DNA of 64,000 bases from Octopus sinensis (Eukaryota). The translations under genes were made by a program, and so were the position numbers. Every line of letters starts with the position of its first letter. Positions within the stretch are counted from its first letter, which is position 1. The notes beneath the pieces are model-generated. The model was not told the origin of the DNA. It ran no database searches and was given only the letters and a program-made list of their open reading frames with translations. The stretch lies in the NCBI RefSeq assembly GCF_006345805.1, contig NC_043021.1, forward strand, positions 14,570,001 through 14,634,000, written 5' to 3'. Positions 52,061 to 64,000 of this stretch are shown in pieces.

Positions 52061-52429
52061 ATGGTGAAATCCATAGCGGCGTGCGATAAGACTGGTCGCT
52101 GCTCTAAAATAGAACACTGCCCAGAAAATCACACCTGTCCATCTGTACGGAACCCGAAAATACGTTCCGTAATCGCTGGGTCGAATGTGGGACATGTCTC
52201 ATTTCTGTCTGCCTCCAATGTGCCACGGACTTTCAGAAGATCCCAGGCCAAAAAAAGAGCCATCATAATGCTATGATGGATAGACTCTGGAAGATGGTTC
52301 AGCTTAAATCTTGGACTTTTCAGTGTCAGGCCTGCGTGCCTCCACAACCGACGATTGTGTCTCCCCCTGCCACTCCCGTGGAGGAGGCGGAACAGCAACA
52401 GCAGCAACAACAAAATCAACCACAACCAG

Positions 52430-52480
<51 letters not shown>

Positions 52481-53269
52481 TAGAGCAGCAGCAGCAGCAA
52501 CAACAAAATCAACCACAACCAGAGCAGCAGCAACAACAAAATCAACCACAACCAGAGCAGCAGCAACAACAACATCAACCAACAACAGCAACAACAAAAT
52601 CAACACAACCAGAGCAACAGCAGCAACAACAACAACATCAATTGACCAATGCGGTTCTTGCAGAACTGCAACAATCGATCTGTGCTTTAAAAGGGGAAGT
52701 AGCAGAATAAAAGCAACCATTCAGGTTGGACTCCACAATGAGGGGTCTTATCGGAATACTCTGCTAAAGAACCTCCCTGTACCTGTACCTCTTGTCGCAT
52801 TTAAGACCGCGGATTCTGCCACCCATGAAGTCATTGCCATTGGGGTGCCAGAAGACATGGCTGATCTTCAGGCTTTTGCTGCCAACTCAGCCAAAGACCT
52901 AGGCTGCGTTCCCCCAACGGGTGCTATCCGCCGCCTGGACGACCTGGCCCAAAACCTAGGCTCATCAAGTTGTCTTTTACGGACCCCACTGAGGCAACCT
53001 CTTACCATCTGGCCTCAGTTAAAGCTGGGCGGGAAAATCAGACCACCTTCCGAACACGCCCAGGCTTACCGTCCGATGTACGTCCGAAGCTACGTGTAGT
53101 GGCTTCCCTGAATAGGAACTCAGCTCTACAGGAAAGCTTCAGTCTTCGGGAAGATGGACAAATCTGGAGATTTGTCAAGACTGCTGAAATGTGGAAGAGA
53201 GATACCAGCTGGTCTGAGTGCTCTCTACCCACAATAACTAAAAAGACTACAGCAACTCAGGGAAACTAA
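52061..53269 (+). pseudogene. LINE ORF1 (PHD-like zinc finger, polyQ linker, coiled coil), frameshifted as assembled
   Basis: GCCATGG start at 52061. One-base shifts near 52138, 52705 and 52935 reconstruct CPIC...WVECGTCLISVCLQC...WTFQCQAC-polyQ-...PRLIKLSF. Confidence 0.75.
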
Positions 53270-53299
53270 GCCAGAACAACCTGCCATCCTCTACACACC

Positions 53300-56086
53300 A
53301 TCATAAACTGCGAGCAGGGTACAAATTGTTGTCCTTAAATGCTCGCAGTTTATGCAACAAAATATATTTGTTCAATGCCTACGTCAGAAGTGTTGACCCT
53401 GACTTCATCACTGTTACGGAAACATGGGCGCATTCCTTACTCTGTGATGGGGTTTTCAACATTACGGGGTACAACCTCTTCCGTAAGGACCGCACTACCG
53501 CCGTGGTGGTGGTGTGATGGTCTACGTTCGTTCAAATTTTTTAGTAATTCTTTGTGCCGATTTGAACGAATCACAAGAAGAAGTTTTTTTCTGTGACGTG
53601 CGTATGACCATGTCAACACTCTGCTTGGCGTTGTTTATCGTCCCCCAAGTTACCATCGGGACACACAGCTTTGCAATGTCCTCCGAGCTGCTGCCAGAAA
53701 ACAGCCACTTATGTTTTATTGCAGGCGATTTCAATCATCCTGAGATCGATTGGGAGACCTTCCATTGGCCACAGAGTGCAAACGATTTTGTTGAGCTTGT
53801 GCTGGACTCAAACTGGTCACAAGTAGTCACCTCTCCAACAAGAGGCGACAACACCTTGGACCTGCTCTTCACCACAACTCCTGAAGCGGTTATCAATTGC
53901 ACTACGGAGGAACCGCTAGGTGACTCTGATCATGCTATGATCATCGCCAATCTGGCTCTTGCGGGCAACAAAAACCTGAACCATCTCCAATCTGCTTCCT
54001 TCGATTGGAAGAGAGCAGATTGGAACCTGTACCACACTGAACTACAGCACCCAAACTGGCGTGAATTCTACAACTCTGGAGATGTGAATACTATACTCCA
54101 GAGTATCCTGGACTCAATATGGGCAGCATGTGCAGCATCAGTGCCACGTAAACAAAAAAAGAAGAACCGCCCCAAAAGGGCAATTTGGGAAACTTCAGCC
54201 GTCCGACTTGCCAGGAGGGGACGTTGGACTGCTGAACGGGAATACAGGTTGCATAAATCAGACACCAACAGGAAGAAGCGGAATAAATCCTCCAACCATC
54301 TCAAGCAAGTGACAAAAAAAGCAGTGCTTGAATTTGAACAGTGCATAGCAGCCAATCCTGACAGCAAGGTTTTCTGGAAATATGTGCACTCAAAGCAGAG
54401 ACCTCACTCTCCAGTGGCCCTCTTCGCAACCCTCACACAAACCAGATCACTGACGACCCCAAGGAATGCGCAGAACTCATTGCCGAGTGCTATGCAAACA
54501 TATTCACTGTTGAAAGTCAAAATGTACCATCTTCACCATCACTAACAGCAAACTCCATAACAACTATGGAATTTACACCTGCAATGCTGCGACGTCACCT
54601 TCAAAATAAGCGCAACTATGCCTCCCCTGGTCTCGATGGAGTTACATACCTGCTTCTCAAACGTGGCAGGCACTTCCTTTTACACCAGCTTTCTATTTTC
54701 TTCCAGTACTGTCTCAACAATGGTGCTACTCCGGAGCAGTGGAAAACTGCCAGTGTCATTCCTCTGTTCAAAAAGGGCGACCCCGCACATCACCTGTCAA
54801 CTATCGCCCAGTCAGTCTCACTAGCTGTATTGCAAAACTGATGGAATCGTGTGTCAGAGAAACACTCTGGAACTTCTGGAGCTCTCACAGTCTCATCCAA
54901 CCCTCACAATATGGATTTGTCCCTAACTCCAGCTGCAGTGACCAGCTTGTCGAGTTCCTTGAGGACATTACTCAGATTACTGACAGTGGCTCATGGGTGG
55001 ATGTTGTCTACCTTGACTTTGCTAAGGCTTTCAACTCTGTGCCACACAAAAGGCTTATGGTGAAACTCTCTGCAATGGGTGTGGGGGATGACCTTTTAAC
55101 TGGTTGAAATCCTTCATCCTCAGCCGAAAGGAGGTAGTCACAGTTCTAGGACAGCACTCTACACTATATGAGATGTCATCGGGTGTACCACAGGGATCTG
55201 TCCTTGGTCCCCTCTTGTTTGTGGCATACATTAACGACATAGATGCCAATTTAAAGAATGCCACAGTATTGAAATATGCAGACGACATCAAGCTGTACCT
55301 TGAAATCAAGAGGACAGATCCTGATGTCTACAACTCTTTCCTGCAATCAGACCTAGACACAATGCAGCAATGGATCACAGACTGGCAACTGAAACTGGCT
55401 GTGGACAAGTGTACCACCATGCATTTTGGGAGAAAAAACCCTGCGTTCACATACTCCCTCCACAACACTGATATCAAGAAATCCTCTTGCGAGCGTGACC
55501 TAGGCATCACTGTCAGCAGTGATTTGCGTTGGTCAAAGCATATCTCTAAGATTGTCAAGAAGGCCGAGGGTGTCTTGGCATCACTCAGCAGGTCTTTTGT
55601 TAGCCGCTCTCCAGCATCTATTTAAAACTGTATACAGCTATGGTACGACCACACTTGGAATTCGCATCATCAGTTTGGAACCCCTATCTTGCACAGAACA
55701 TTGATCTCCTGGAATCTGTCCAGAGACGTGCAACCAAACGCATACCCTCCATCAGACACCTACCATATTCTGAGCGCCTTGTTTCCCTGGGCATGGATTC
55801 ACTGAAGCTCCGGCGTTTGGCGACAGACTTGGTAAACACCCACAAAGTTATCAACCACCTCACCAACAACAACACTGAACACCTTTTTGATCTCCATGTG
55901 TCTAACACACGTGGACATGCCTACAAAGTCAGAAAACAATACAGCTCACATGACTTTCGGAAACATTTTTTCACGCTCAGAGTTGCTGAAGCATGGAATA
56001 AACTGCCTGCGTCAGTTGTTGACTGCCATGACACTGCATCTTTTAAGGCCCTCATGCTTTCCGAAATCCGCCGAAACTACACCTGA
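53300..56086 (+). pseudogene. LINE ORF2 (endonuclease-reverse transcriptase), frameshifted as assembled
   Basis: Overlapping ORFs 53326, 53514, 54566, 54739, 55104 and 55640 tile one APE-RT protein. Confidence 0.9.
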
Positions 56087-56849
56087 TTATATATACACTT
56101 TAGATGAGTTGTAGTGCACCTGAGCACTGTACACAATTATTATTATTATTATTATATATCCCTCTCTCTCTTTCGGAGAGGCACTGAGCAGCTATACGCA
56201 CACATACACTCACAGCAGTAACTTCCACCTACCGAATTCAATCACAAAGCTCCGGTCGGCTCGGGGCTATAGTGGAAGATACCTACCCAAAGTGCCACGC
56301 AGTGGGACTGAACCCGAAACCATGTAGCTAGGAAGCAATCTCCCTAACCACACAGCCATGCCCGATATATATATATATATATATATAAATACAAAAATAG
56401 GACAAGAAAGCACAACATCCAGACAGTTATGTGAAACAAAGAAGGGACAACAAAATATCCAGACAAATGATACAAGGAAAAGAAGGACGGATCGTTCGGA
56501 GTTTTCTATCCTCAGTCGAGTTCCAGATTATCTTTGCAATTTCGGTTGGTTATACTCGAGATTGGTCCAATCTGGCCAGCCCCAAGGTAAAAATAAGCTA
56601 AGAGCATTACATTCCTTGGCATGCTGGTGGCAGGTGAAAAGCACCCACTACACTCTTGGAGTGGTTGGAGTTAGGAAGGGCATCGAGCTGTAGAAACCTT
56701 GTCAGATCAGATTAGAGCCTGGTGCATCCTCCTGGCTTGCTAGTTCTCAGTTGAACCGTGGCAACCCATGCCAGCATGGAAAGCGGATGTTAAACAATGA
56801 TAATATATAACATCTGACTGTCTAAAGAGGCCATCGAAAAGTAACTAGT

Positions 56850-57910
56850 GGCAAATTCTCTTGAAAATGGATAGCATTTGGCTTCGTGATGGAAAGGGTC
56901 TTAGTCCTCAAGAGCATTCAATGCTGACGTGGTTGCTACATTAGGGGATGGCACACCATCTTTATCAAGAGTGTGGGCAGCTGAATTTAGGAGGGGAAGG
57001 GAGAGTCATGAAGATGGACCAAGGTCTGGATGTCCGAGGAAAACATTGATCATGTTCACCACATGCTGATGGATGACAGGCGATTGACCATAAATCAAAT
57101 AGCCATTGGCACCAGCATATGCTGTGAGAGCATTGAGAATATTCTGCAGAATGAACTTGGCATGATGAAGGTTTCTGCTTGGTGGTTGCCATGTCTTCTG
57201 ACACCAGATCAAAAGTGCACAAGGCTGATCACATCACAAGAAAATCTGACCTTGTTTGAGGCAGATTCAGCAGGTTTTCTTGAAAGTTTCTTATGCCAGG
57301 ATGGGTGTTGGCTTCATCACTTTGAACCAGAGACAAAGAGACAGTCCATGCAGTGTAATCACCCTTTCTCACCTGCTCCAAAGGTGGCCAAGATTGTTTC
57401 ATCTGCAGGGAAGGTGATAGCCTCAGTGTTTTGGGATTCAAAAGAAATTGTGTTTTTTGACTATATTGAAAAGGGCCACACCATCAGTAGAGAGTATTAT
57501 GCCAACTCGCTGAGACAGTTACAAAAAGCTATCAAGGACCAAACGTCCAGGAAAACTGACAAAAGAGGTCTTGTTTCATGAGGACAATGCACCAGTCCTT
57601 AGTTTCGATAGCTGCTGTACATGACTGTGGCTTTAAACTCGTTGATCAGCCTCTCCATTCTCCTGATTTGGTCTCATCTGACCATCATCTGTTCTCCAGG
57701 ATTGAAAAAACGCTTGGCTGAGAACCAGTATCACAGTGGTGATGACATAATATCTGCTGTTAAGGAGTTTTTTGAGCAACAGCATGCAAACTTCTTCACC
57801 AATGGAAGAAGTGAGTGGACCGTAGGGGATATGGGGGGGCTATATTGAAAAGTAAACTGCATTTGATTACAATCCACTAGAACCTATGAACTTTTCAGCT
57901 GGCCCTCATG
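56850..57910 (+). mobile_element. Degenerate mariner transposon
   Basis: DDRRLTINQIA...KVSAWWLPCLLT...GKVIASVFWDS...YYANSLRQL, with a TIR-like AACTTTTCAGCTGGCCCTCA end. Confidence 0.88.
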
Positions 57911-58653
57911 TGTGTGTGTGTGTATGTGTGTGTCCTGCATATGATTTTAAACTGCATCTGGTTGTGGGGCTCTGGTACAGCAATCCCAAGGTTTTTGAAG
58001 GTGTGTGGAATGACCTCTCAGCTGCTATTTTTTCCCGGGTCAACCCAGACCCGGAGTTGTGGAACCTGTAATTTCTTTACTCGGTATCAATATTATTCAC
58101 TTGTGGTAAGAACCAACATTGGCTTAAGGTTAATGGCTAGTTCTATATAAACCCATATGACCTAGTTCTATGTAACAAGTGTCGCATTGACCAAATGCCT
58201 TCCTTTCCCTTTCTTTCTTCCACTTTGGCTGTAGATTTGTTTTGGCTTTGAAGAAAACTTTGGGCTCTGAAAGAAGCTTTTTAGTTGATTAGTCAATATC
58301 ACTGAGCTATGAATGCACCCAAACACATATCGGAAACAGGTGTAACCCTATATTAAATAAATATATACTTATAACCTATTATTTCTGTTTATTTTATGTT
58401 CCCCTCTGTAAAAGCTTAACATCATAACTACACACTGGAATTATGGGTTTACAAATTTGACTTCTGTGATTTGGATTACCAGAAGTACAAGACTGTTCAC
58501 AAGATATTTTTGTTAGCCTGGTGTGTTTTTATCTGCAGACAGCTTAAGAAATATTTTGCCTGGGTTACTAATTCTACATATATGTATGAGTGTATGTGCA
58601 AGTGTAACTATATATGTATCAATATATATATATATATATATGTATGTGTATAT

Positions 58654-58728
<75 letters not shown>

Positions 58729-60330
58729 AGGCGCATGGCTCAGTGGTTAGGGTGTCAAGCTTACAATCGTGAGGTTGTGAGCTCGAATCCTGGACCGGGC
58801 TGCATGTTGTGTTCTTGAGCAACACACTTTATTTCACGTTGCTCCAGTTCCCTCAGCTGTACAAAGGAATTGCGACATCACAGGTGCCAAGCGCTGTATC
58901 GGCTCCTTTGCCTTTCCCTTGGATAACACTGGTGGCGTGGAGAGGGGAGGCCAGTATGCATGGGCAACTGCTGGTCTTCCATAAACAACCTTGCCCAGAC
59001 TTGTGCCTTGGAGGGTAACATTCTAGGTGCAATCCCATGGTCAGTGTCATGACCAAAGGGGGTCTCAGAATTTAGGTAAGAATGTTTGCTTCCCAACCAC
59101 ATGGTTCTAGGTTCAGTTCAAATGTGTGGCACCTTTGGCAAGTGTCTTCTCTTACGACTCCTGGCCAGGATTTGGTAGACAGAGACTGAAATAAGATCAT
59201 CATTTCCCTGTTACACTCCAACCTTTCATCATTTGATACTGGATCACCTCCTCCGATGCTTCCTGTGTTATGGCAAGACACCTGCTTCTGTCTTTCTATC
59301 TCTTTGTCACACTCTAACTTTTCATCTTCTGATACAAGTCCCCTCCTCAAACACTCCTGTCCCTCTCATAATTCCTTGTCTTGTGAGTTACTCGGTGACC
59401 CTGCCAGTGCTGGTGCCACATTAAAAGCATCCAGTCCACAGTCCACACTGTAAAGTGGTTGGCATTTGGAAGGGCATCCAGCTGTAAAAATCATATCAAA
59501 ACTAACCTCACCTATGCTGGTGCCATGTAATAAGAGCTGAATCCATTCTGTGGAGTGGTTGGTGTTAGGAAGGGCATCCAGCCGTAAAATCCCTGCCAAA
59601 AGAGCCTAGGGTAGTTTTTCTACCTGACTGGCTCCTGTCAACCATCCTATCCATGCATGAATGGAAGATGGTCATTAAACAATGATGATGATGAGATATA
59701 TATATATATATGTATATATATGCACACACATGTGCATGTATGTATGTATGTATGTATGTATGTGTGCATGTGTGTTTGTCTCCTTGTCTTGACATCAGAT
59801 GGTTGTCGTAGATGAGTGTCTCTGTCATACAAGCAGTGCCGTTTATTTCTAATATTTTGCAAGACCATATCAGGCCATGGTGAAATATTATCTTAGAAAC
59901 AGATGAAGAAGGTGAAGATGATAATAATAACGATGGTGATGTGGTTCTCTCCTGGAACAGAAATTTCTTATTTGGCTCACTTGTCCTATCATTTAAGACA
60001 GTAAAGATTTATTTGAGGAAGATTTTGCTACTATTTCTAACAGTCAGAATGGACATGTAAAACTTCCTTAATTTGAAGGAGATTTCGATTATTTCCAACA
60101 GACACAACGAAAAAGTTGAATATGTAGAGCATACCTCATTGGATTATGTGCCCTTTCCCTTTTTCTAAGGCGCTTGCTTTTGGTATGAAGGAAATTTGAC
60201 TATTATTTCTAGTGGGTCGAATCACCATACAGATATTCCCTTTTGCTTTTCTATCTTGTTGTTTGTCTTTGTTAAATTTTAAATATGATGACCTAATTTT
60301 CATTTTCTTTCTATTTCAGATCTTGTAAAT

Positions 60331-61236
60331 ATGCGAATACATAAGAAAGCTACCTTAGTTTTCATCCTGTTGGCATTGTGTGGGTTTATAGTCTACAAGA
60401 TGTCGTACTCTTTTGACCCAACAATCCTACACCAATACAAACCAATTTGGGCAGAGGATGAAAGGCTGAACGTCGTGTTCTTATTTGCTGTTAAATCTTA
60501 TCCAGAAAATTACGAATTGAGGAAAGCCATAAGGGAAACATGGGGCACATATATAAGCTCTGGCTCAAACAGTAAGATATTATTTTACATGGGGCAATCT
60601 TCACGCCCTGAAGTTAACACCAAAGTTGCTGAAGAGTCCAACCATTATGAAGATATTTTCCAGGGAGATTTTATAGACTCTTTTGAAAATCAGAGCCTGT
60701 GTACTTTAACTGCTTTTAAATATATGCTGAGAGTGTATGCTCAAATTAGATTTTTATTTAAGGTTGAAGATTCAACATTTATTAACATTCCACGCCTTAT
60801 ACGTGTTCTGAAAAACAGAAGAGAACTGCTGCATAGCTTTATCATGGGTCACATCACAAATCGTACCAAACCAGAACGAAACGAGAAGTCACCATGGTAC
60901 ATATCAGAGAACGTATATCCATCAAATTCCTACCCAGTTTACGCACAGGGAGCTGCTTATTTGCTAAGTGGGGACCTAATACAGCAGTTGGTTAGAGAAT
61001 CATTCAAAGTCCCCCTCATTTGGATTGAAGACATTTTTATAACTGGAATTTTAGCGCAGAATCTCAATGTGAATTACATACACAGTAAAAAGTTTGGTTC
61101 GCCAGAGGATAGTTGTGAAAACGGCGAGTACATAGCCATATCACGTTTGCACACAGTCGAGGCTATGAAACGCGCTTACCTAGCCATTGAAATCCCAAAT
61201 GAAAGGTGTGCTTATGGAATAAAACCCAAAAGATGA
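60331..61236 (+). CDS. GT31 family beta-1,3-galactosyltransferase-like type II membrane protein, copy 2 (301 aa)
   Basis: Same motifs as copy 1. My manual alignment gives 73 differences in 294 positions (~75% identity). The acceptor 11 nt before the ATG is the same. Confidence 0.92.
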   Translation: MRIHKKATLVFILLALCGFIVYKMSYSFDPTILHQYKPIWAEDERLNVVFLFAVKSYPENYELRKAIRETWGTYISSGSNSKILFYMGQSSRPEVNTKVAEESNHYEDIFQGDFIDSFENQSLCTLTAFKYMLRVYAQIRFLFKVEDSTFINIPRLIRVLKNRRELLHSFIMGHITNRTKPERNEKSPWYISENVYPSNSYPVYAQGAAYLLSGDLIQQLVRESFKVPLIWIEDIFITGILAQNLNVNYIHSKKFGSPEDSCENGEYIAISRLHTVEAMKRAYLAIEIPNERCAYGIKPKR

Positions 61237-61739
61237 TGACAGAGATAATTTAAATCAAGAGAAAAAAAAGAAGTTATACTGTAACGTTTTATCCGTCTAT
61301 GTTTCGACATCTTGTTTGATTTGAGAAGAAAAACTAAGAATGATTCGAGAAAACTGTTTCATGGGAGATTACTCCTTACCTTGTAAATATAATGGGCGTT
61401 TGGAGTTACGTCCCTTTATACATATCAAGCCAGAACTCTCATCTCTCAGTTTCTCTCTCTCTCTTATCATTATTGTTTGTCGACACATTTTTTTTTTGTC
61501 GAACTCTGCTGTTTTATATTAAAAAAAAAAAAACAACACTAGTTTGGTCTATCACACCACATCTTACAAAAATCAATATAACACTTTTTTTTTCCTGTTC
61601 ATGTACATACGGTCGTTAATCATCAACAAACCGGTTCAATTAAAATAATTACCACCTTTTTACCTTTTAGTTGTTTTTGTTACTCAGATGCTACACGAAA
61701 TGATTGTCAATGGTCTCGCCACCACAGCACATTGGCAAA

Positions 61740-62403
61740 TGCTGCGAGCTGGCGAAACTGATAGCGCGTCAAACAAAATGCTAAACAGCAATTCCCTTCG
61801 GGTGTTTAATTTCTGAACTTAGAGTTTGTCTATAATCCTTTAGGGTACATGATGAGCAATGGGGCTGATGCAATTGACAAGCACACTCCACACAAAATTT
61901 CGGGCCTCATACCTATAGTAAAAAAAAAAAGATTATTATTATTGAGAGGACGGGAAGCTGGGAGAATCTTTAGCATACCAGGAAAAATGCTTAGCAATAT
62001 TTCGTTTGTCTTTACGTTCTGAGTTCAAATCTCACGGGAGTCAAATTTACCTTTCGCCCTTTCAAGGTCACTAAATTAACAACCAGTTGAGCATTGGGAT
62101 AGATTTAATCGATTTCCCCCCTCCCTCAAAATTGCTGGTCTTGTACCAAAATTTGAAACCATCATCATCATCATCATCAATATTATGAAGGCGGCCAGCT
62201 GGCAGCATCATTAGCGTGCTGGATGAAATGCTTAGCAGTATTTCACCCGTCACTACATTCTGAGTTCAAATTCTGCTGAGGTCGACTTTGCTTTTATCCT
62301 TTTGGGGTTGATAAAATAAGTACCAGTTATGCACCGGAATCGATGTAATTGACTTAACCCCTTCCCCCAAATTTGAGCCCTTCTGCTTCCAGTAGAAAAG
62401 ATG

Positions 62404-62435
<32 letters not shown>

Positions 62436-62860
62436 CATTATTATTATTATTATTATTATTAGGAAGGTGGCGAGCTGGCAGAATTGTTAGCACGCCAGGC
62501 AAAATACTTTGTCTCATTTCGTCCGTCTTTAATCTTTTTGGGGTTGATAATATAAGTACCAGTTGAGAACTGGGTCGATGTAATCGAAGTATCCCCTCCC
62601 CTGAACTTGCTGGCCTTGTGCCAAAATTTGAAATCAGTGCGGCGGCAAACTGGCAGAATCATAAGCACACCGAGTGAAATGCTTAGCGGCATTTCATCAG
62701 TTTGCACATTCTGAGTTCAAATTCCGCCAGGGTCATCTTTACTTTTCATCCTTTCGGTGTTGATAAATTAAGTACCAGTGAAACACTGGGGTTAATGTAA
62801 TCAAGTAGTCCCCACCCCCAAAATTTCAGGATTATCATCATTATTATTATTAGGGTTGTG
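61740..62860 (+). mobile_element. Cluster of core-bearing SINE copies with (ATT)n tails
   Basis: Repeated TCTGAGTTCAAAT...CTTTGC.TTT.ATCC...AAGTACCAG. Confidence 0.8.
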
Positions 62861-63033
62861 GATTGACAAAATCATTGATGCGCTGGATAAAATGTTTAGC
62901 AGTTATTCTTGTGACAAGGTGGACTTTGCTGTTAATCCTTTCCGGGTTGAGAAATATAAGAATCAGCTGAACAATGGTGTCGATTATCCCTATTCTCCAT
63001 AAATTTCAGAAAAAGAGACAAAAATAGTATAAT

Positions 63034-63122
63034 CCCTCCGTAGCTCAGTCAGTAGAGCATCAGATTTTAGGGCGATAGTTAAGTTCATCAGAGGATCATG
63101 GGTTAAAGTCCTCATGCGAGTG
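63034..63122 (+). pseudogene. Degenerate tRNA-like sequence with a ~16 nt intron-like insert
   Basis: The D-arm TAGCTCAGTCAGTAGAGCATCAGA resembles tRNA-Lys(UUU). The T-arm GGGTTAAAGTCC and the acceptor stem are broken. Confidence 0.5.
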
Positions 63123-63792
63123 AAATAACTGTTTACAGGTGCAGACATAGCTGTGAGGTTAAGAAGCTACTCAATCACAGGCCTACAGGTTCCGAACCAC
63201 AGTGTAGACCCGTGATTTCCAACGTGGGGCATGGGAATATTTTGGTGGGACATGGTAATATTTTGGTGAGGCATGCACAGGGTCAATGTTTAGTATACCA
63301 GTAAGTGAAAGGGGGCATTTCGAGAATTGAGTCATTAAAAAAAAAATTCTTTACATTCCCTCTGTGGACACTGTGGTGTTAGCGGTGTTATGGGCTGTGA
63401 TGGAGCTATGTGGTGCTGGTGCAGAGGATAACAGATGAGGTGGGCAGAAGTAAGGCTTGCAGGGGCATGCGCGGGCAGGAAGCACGTGGTCAGTTCAAGC
63501 AAAGAGCGCAGAGAGACAAGACGTTTTGACTTGGTGAGAGCGACCGCTGATATAATAATAATAATGAAATTATTGTATACAGTGCTCAGGTGCACCACAA
63601 CAATTTCGCCGAGGTAAGGCCTTTTGTATTTTTCTTTCTCCCGTTATCAAATTTGTGACAACAGTTGTTTGTATTATTTCCAATAGCGATAAGTAAGATC
63701 TAAAGTGGGAATAAGATGGTTTCCTTCGATTTAGTGGTATGTGAAAAACATGTCGGTAATTTCAAATGTGCGCGCGTGTGTGTCATCATTGA

Positions 63793-63937
63793 TATAAGGT
63801 TGTCCCAAAAGTTCGTAGAAAGTCTTGGAAAATAATGGTCTTTATTTTGAGGAATAATTTTTGTTGTTTTTGTTAGTACTTGGCGAGTAAAAATTCAATT
63901 TTCGCAAGTGTTTACGAACTTTTGGGACAACCTAATA
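63793..63937. mobile_element. Tc1/mariner-type MITE with 23 bp TIRs and TA TSD
   Basis: TAAGGTTGTCCCAAAAGTTCGTA and TACGAACTTTTGGGACAACCTAA. Confidence 0.85.
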
Positions 63938-64000
63938 AAATGGTTTTTGCTGCTGAGAAGATTCACGGAATATTTTTTTGTTTCTTCTGAGCATATTTTC

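Larger units (their letters stand above)
51850..56155 (+). mobile_element. Near full-length CR1-like LINE (ORF1 + ORF2 APE-RT + 3' UTR + (ATT)n tail)
   Basis: APE motifs NARSLCNK, ETW, GYNLFRKDR, GDFNHP and SDH; RT motifs NYRPVSL, YLDFAKAF, GVPQGSVLGP and YADD. The 5' boundary is uncertain. Confidence 0.93.

Noticed and set aside
52129-53099. Poly-Leu/Val/Ala antisense ORFs and a Thr/Ala-rich mucin-like ORF
   Set aside because: They are alternative frames of the CAG/CAA repeat in LINE ORF1.
63061-63070. Apparent TTA (ochre suppressor) anticodon
   Set aside because: The anticodon stem, T-loop and acceptor stem are all damaged, so the anticodon reading is an alignment-dependent product of decay.
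63345-63550. GC-richer segment with short ORFs fused to a LINE tail
   Set aside because: There are no recognisable motifs and only one copy here, so it cannot be assigned.

Overview
AT-rich, microsatellite-dense animal genomic DNA. The SINE, LINE, mariner and Helitron repertoire and the huge (TA)n/(TATG)n tracts look like an octopus or other coleoid genome; this is inference. The only convincing host genes are two tandem single-coding-exon GT31 (beta-1,3-galactosyltransferase-like) paralogs at 43568-44464 and 60331-61236. They are about 75% identical, and in both the family DxD motif reads EDS. The rest is mobile DNA: a near full-length CR1-like LINE (about 51850-56155), a 14 x 275 bp tandem array made from the end of a LINE ORF2, RTE, Gypsy, Penelope, mariner/Tc1, piggyBac, hAT and Helitron remnants, and many tRNA-derived SINEs. 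The most unusual signals are these. (i) Minimal type I hammerhead-ribozyme motifs with three different non-canonical catalytic cores (G3:C8, U3:A8, CUGUUGAA) lie in short Penelope-like elements next to (TA)n runs. (ii) Fold-back palindromes recur across the window. (iii) A short frame downstream of both GT31 genes has substitutions concentrated at third codon positions. Many 1-bp indels may be sequencing errors. Most repeat boundaries are approximate.
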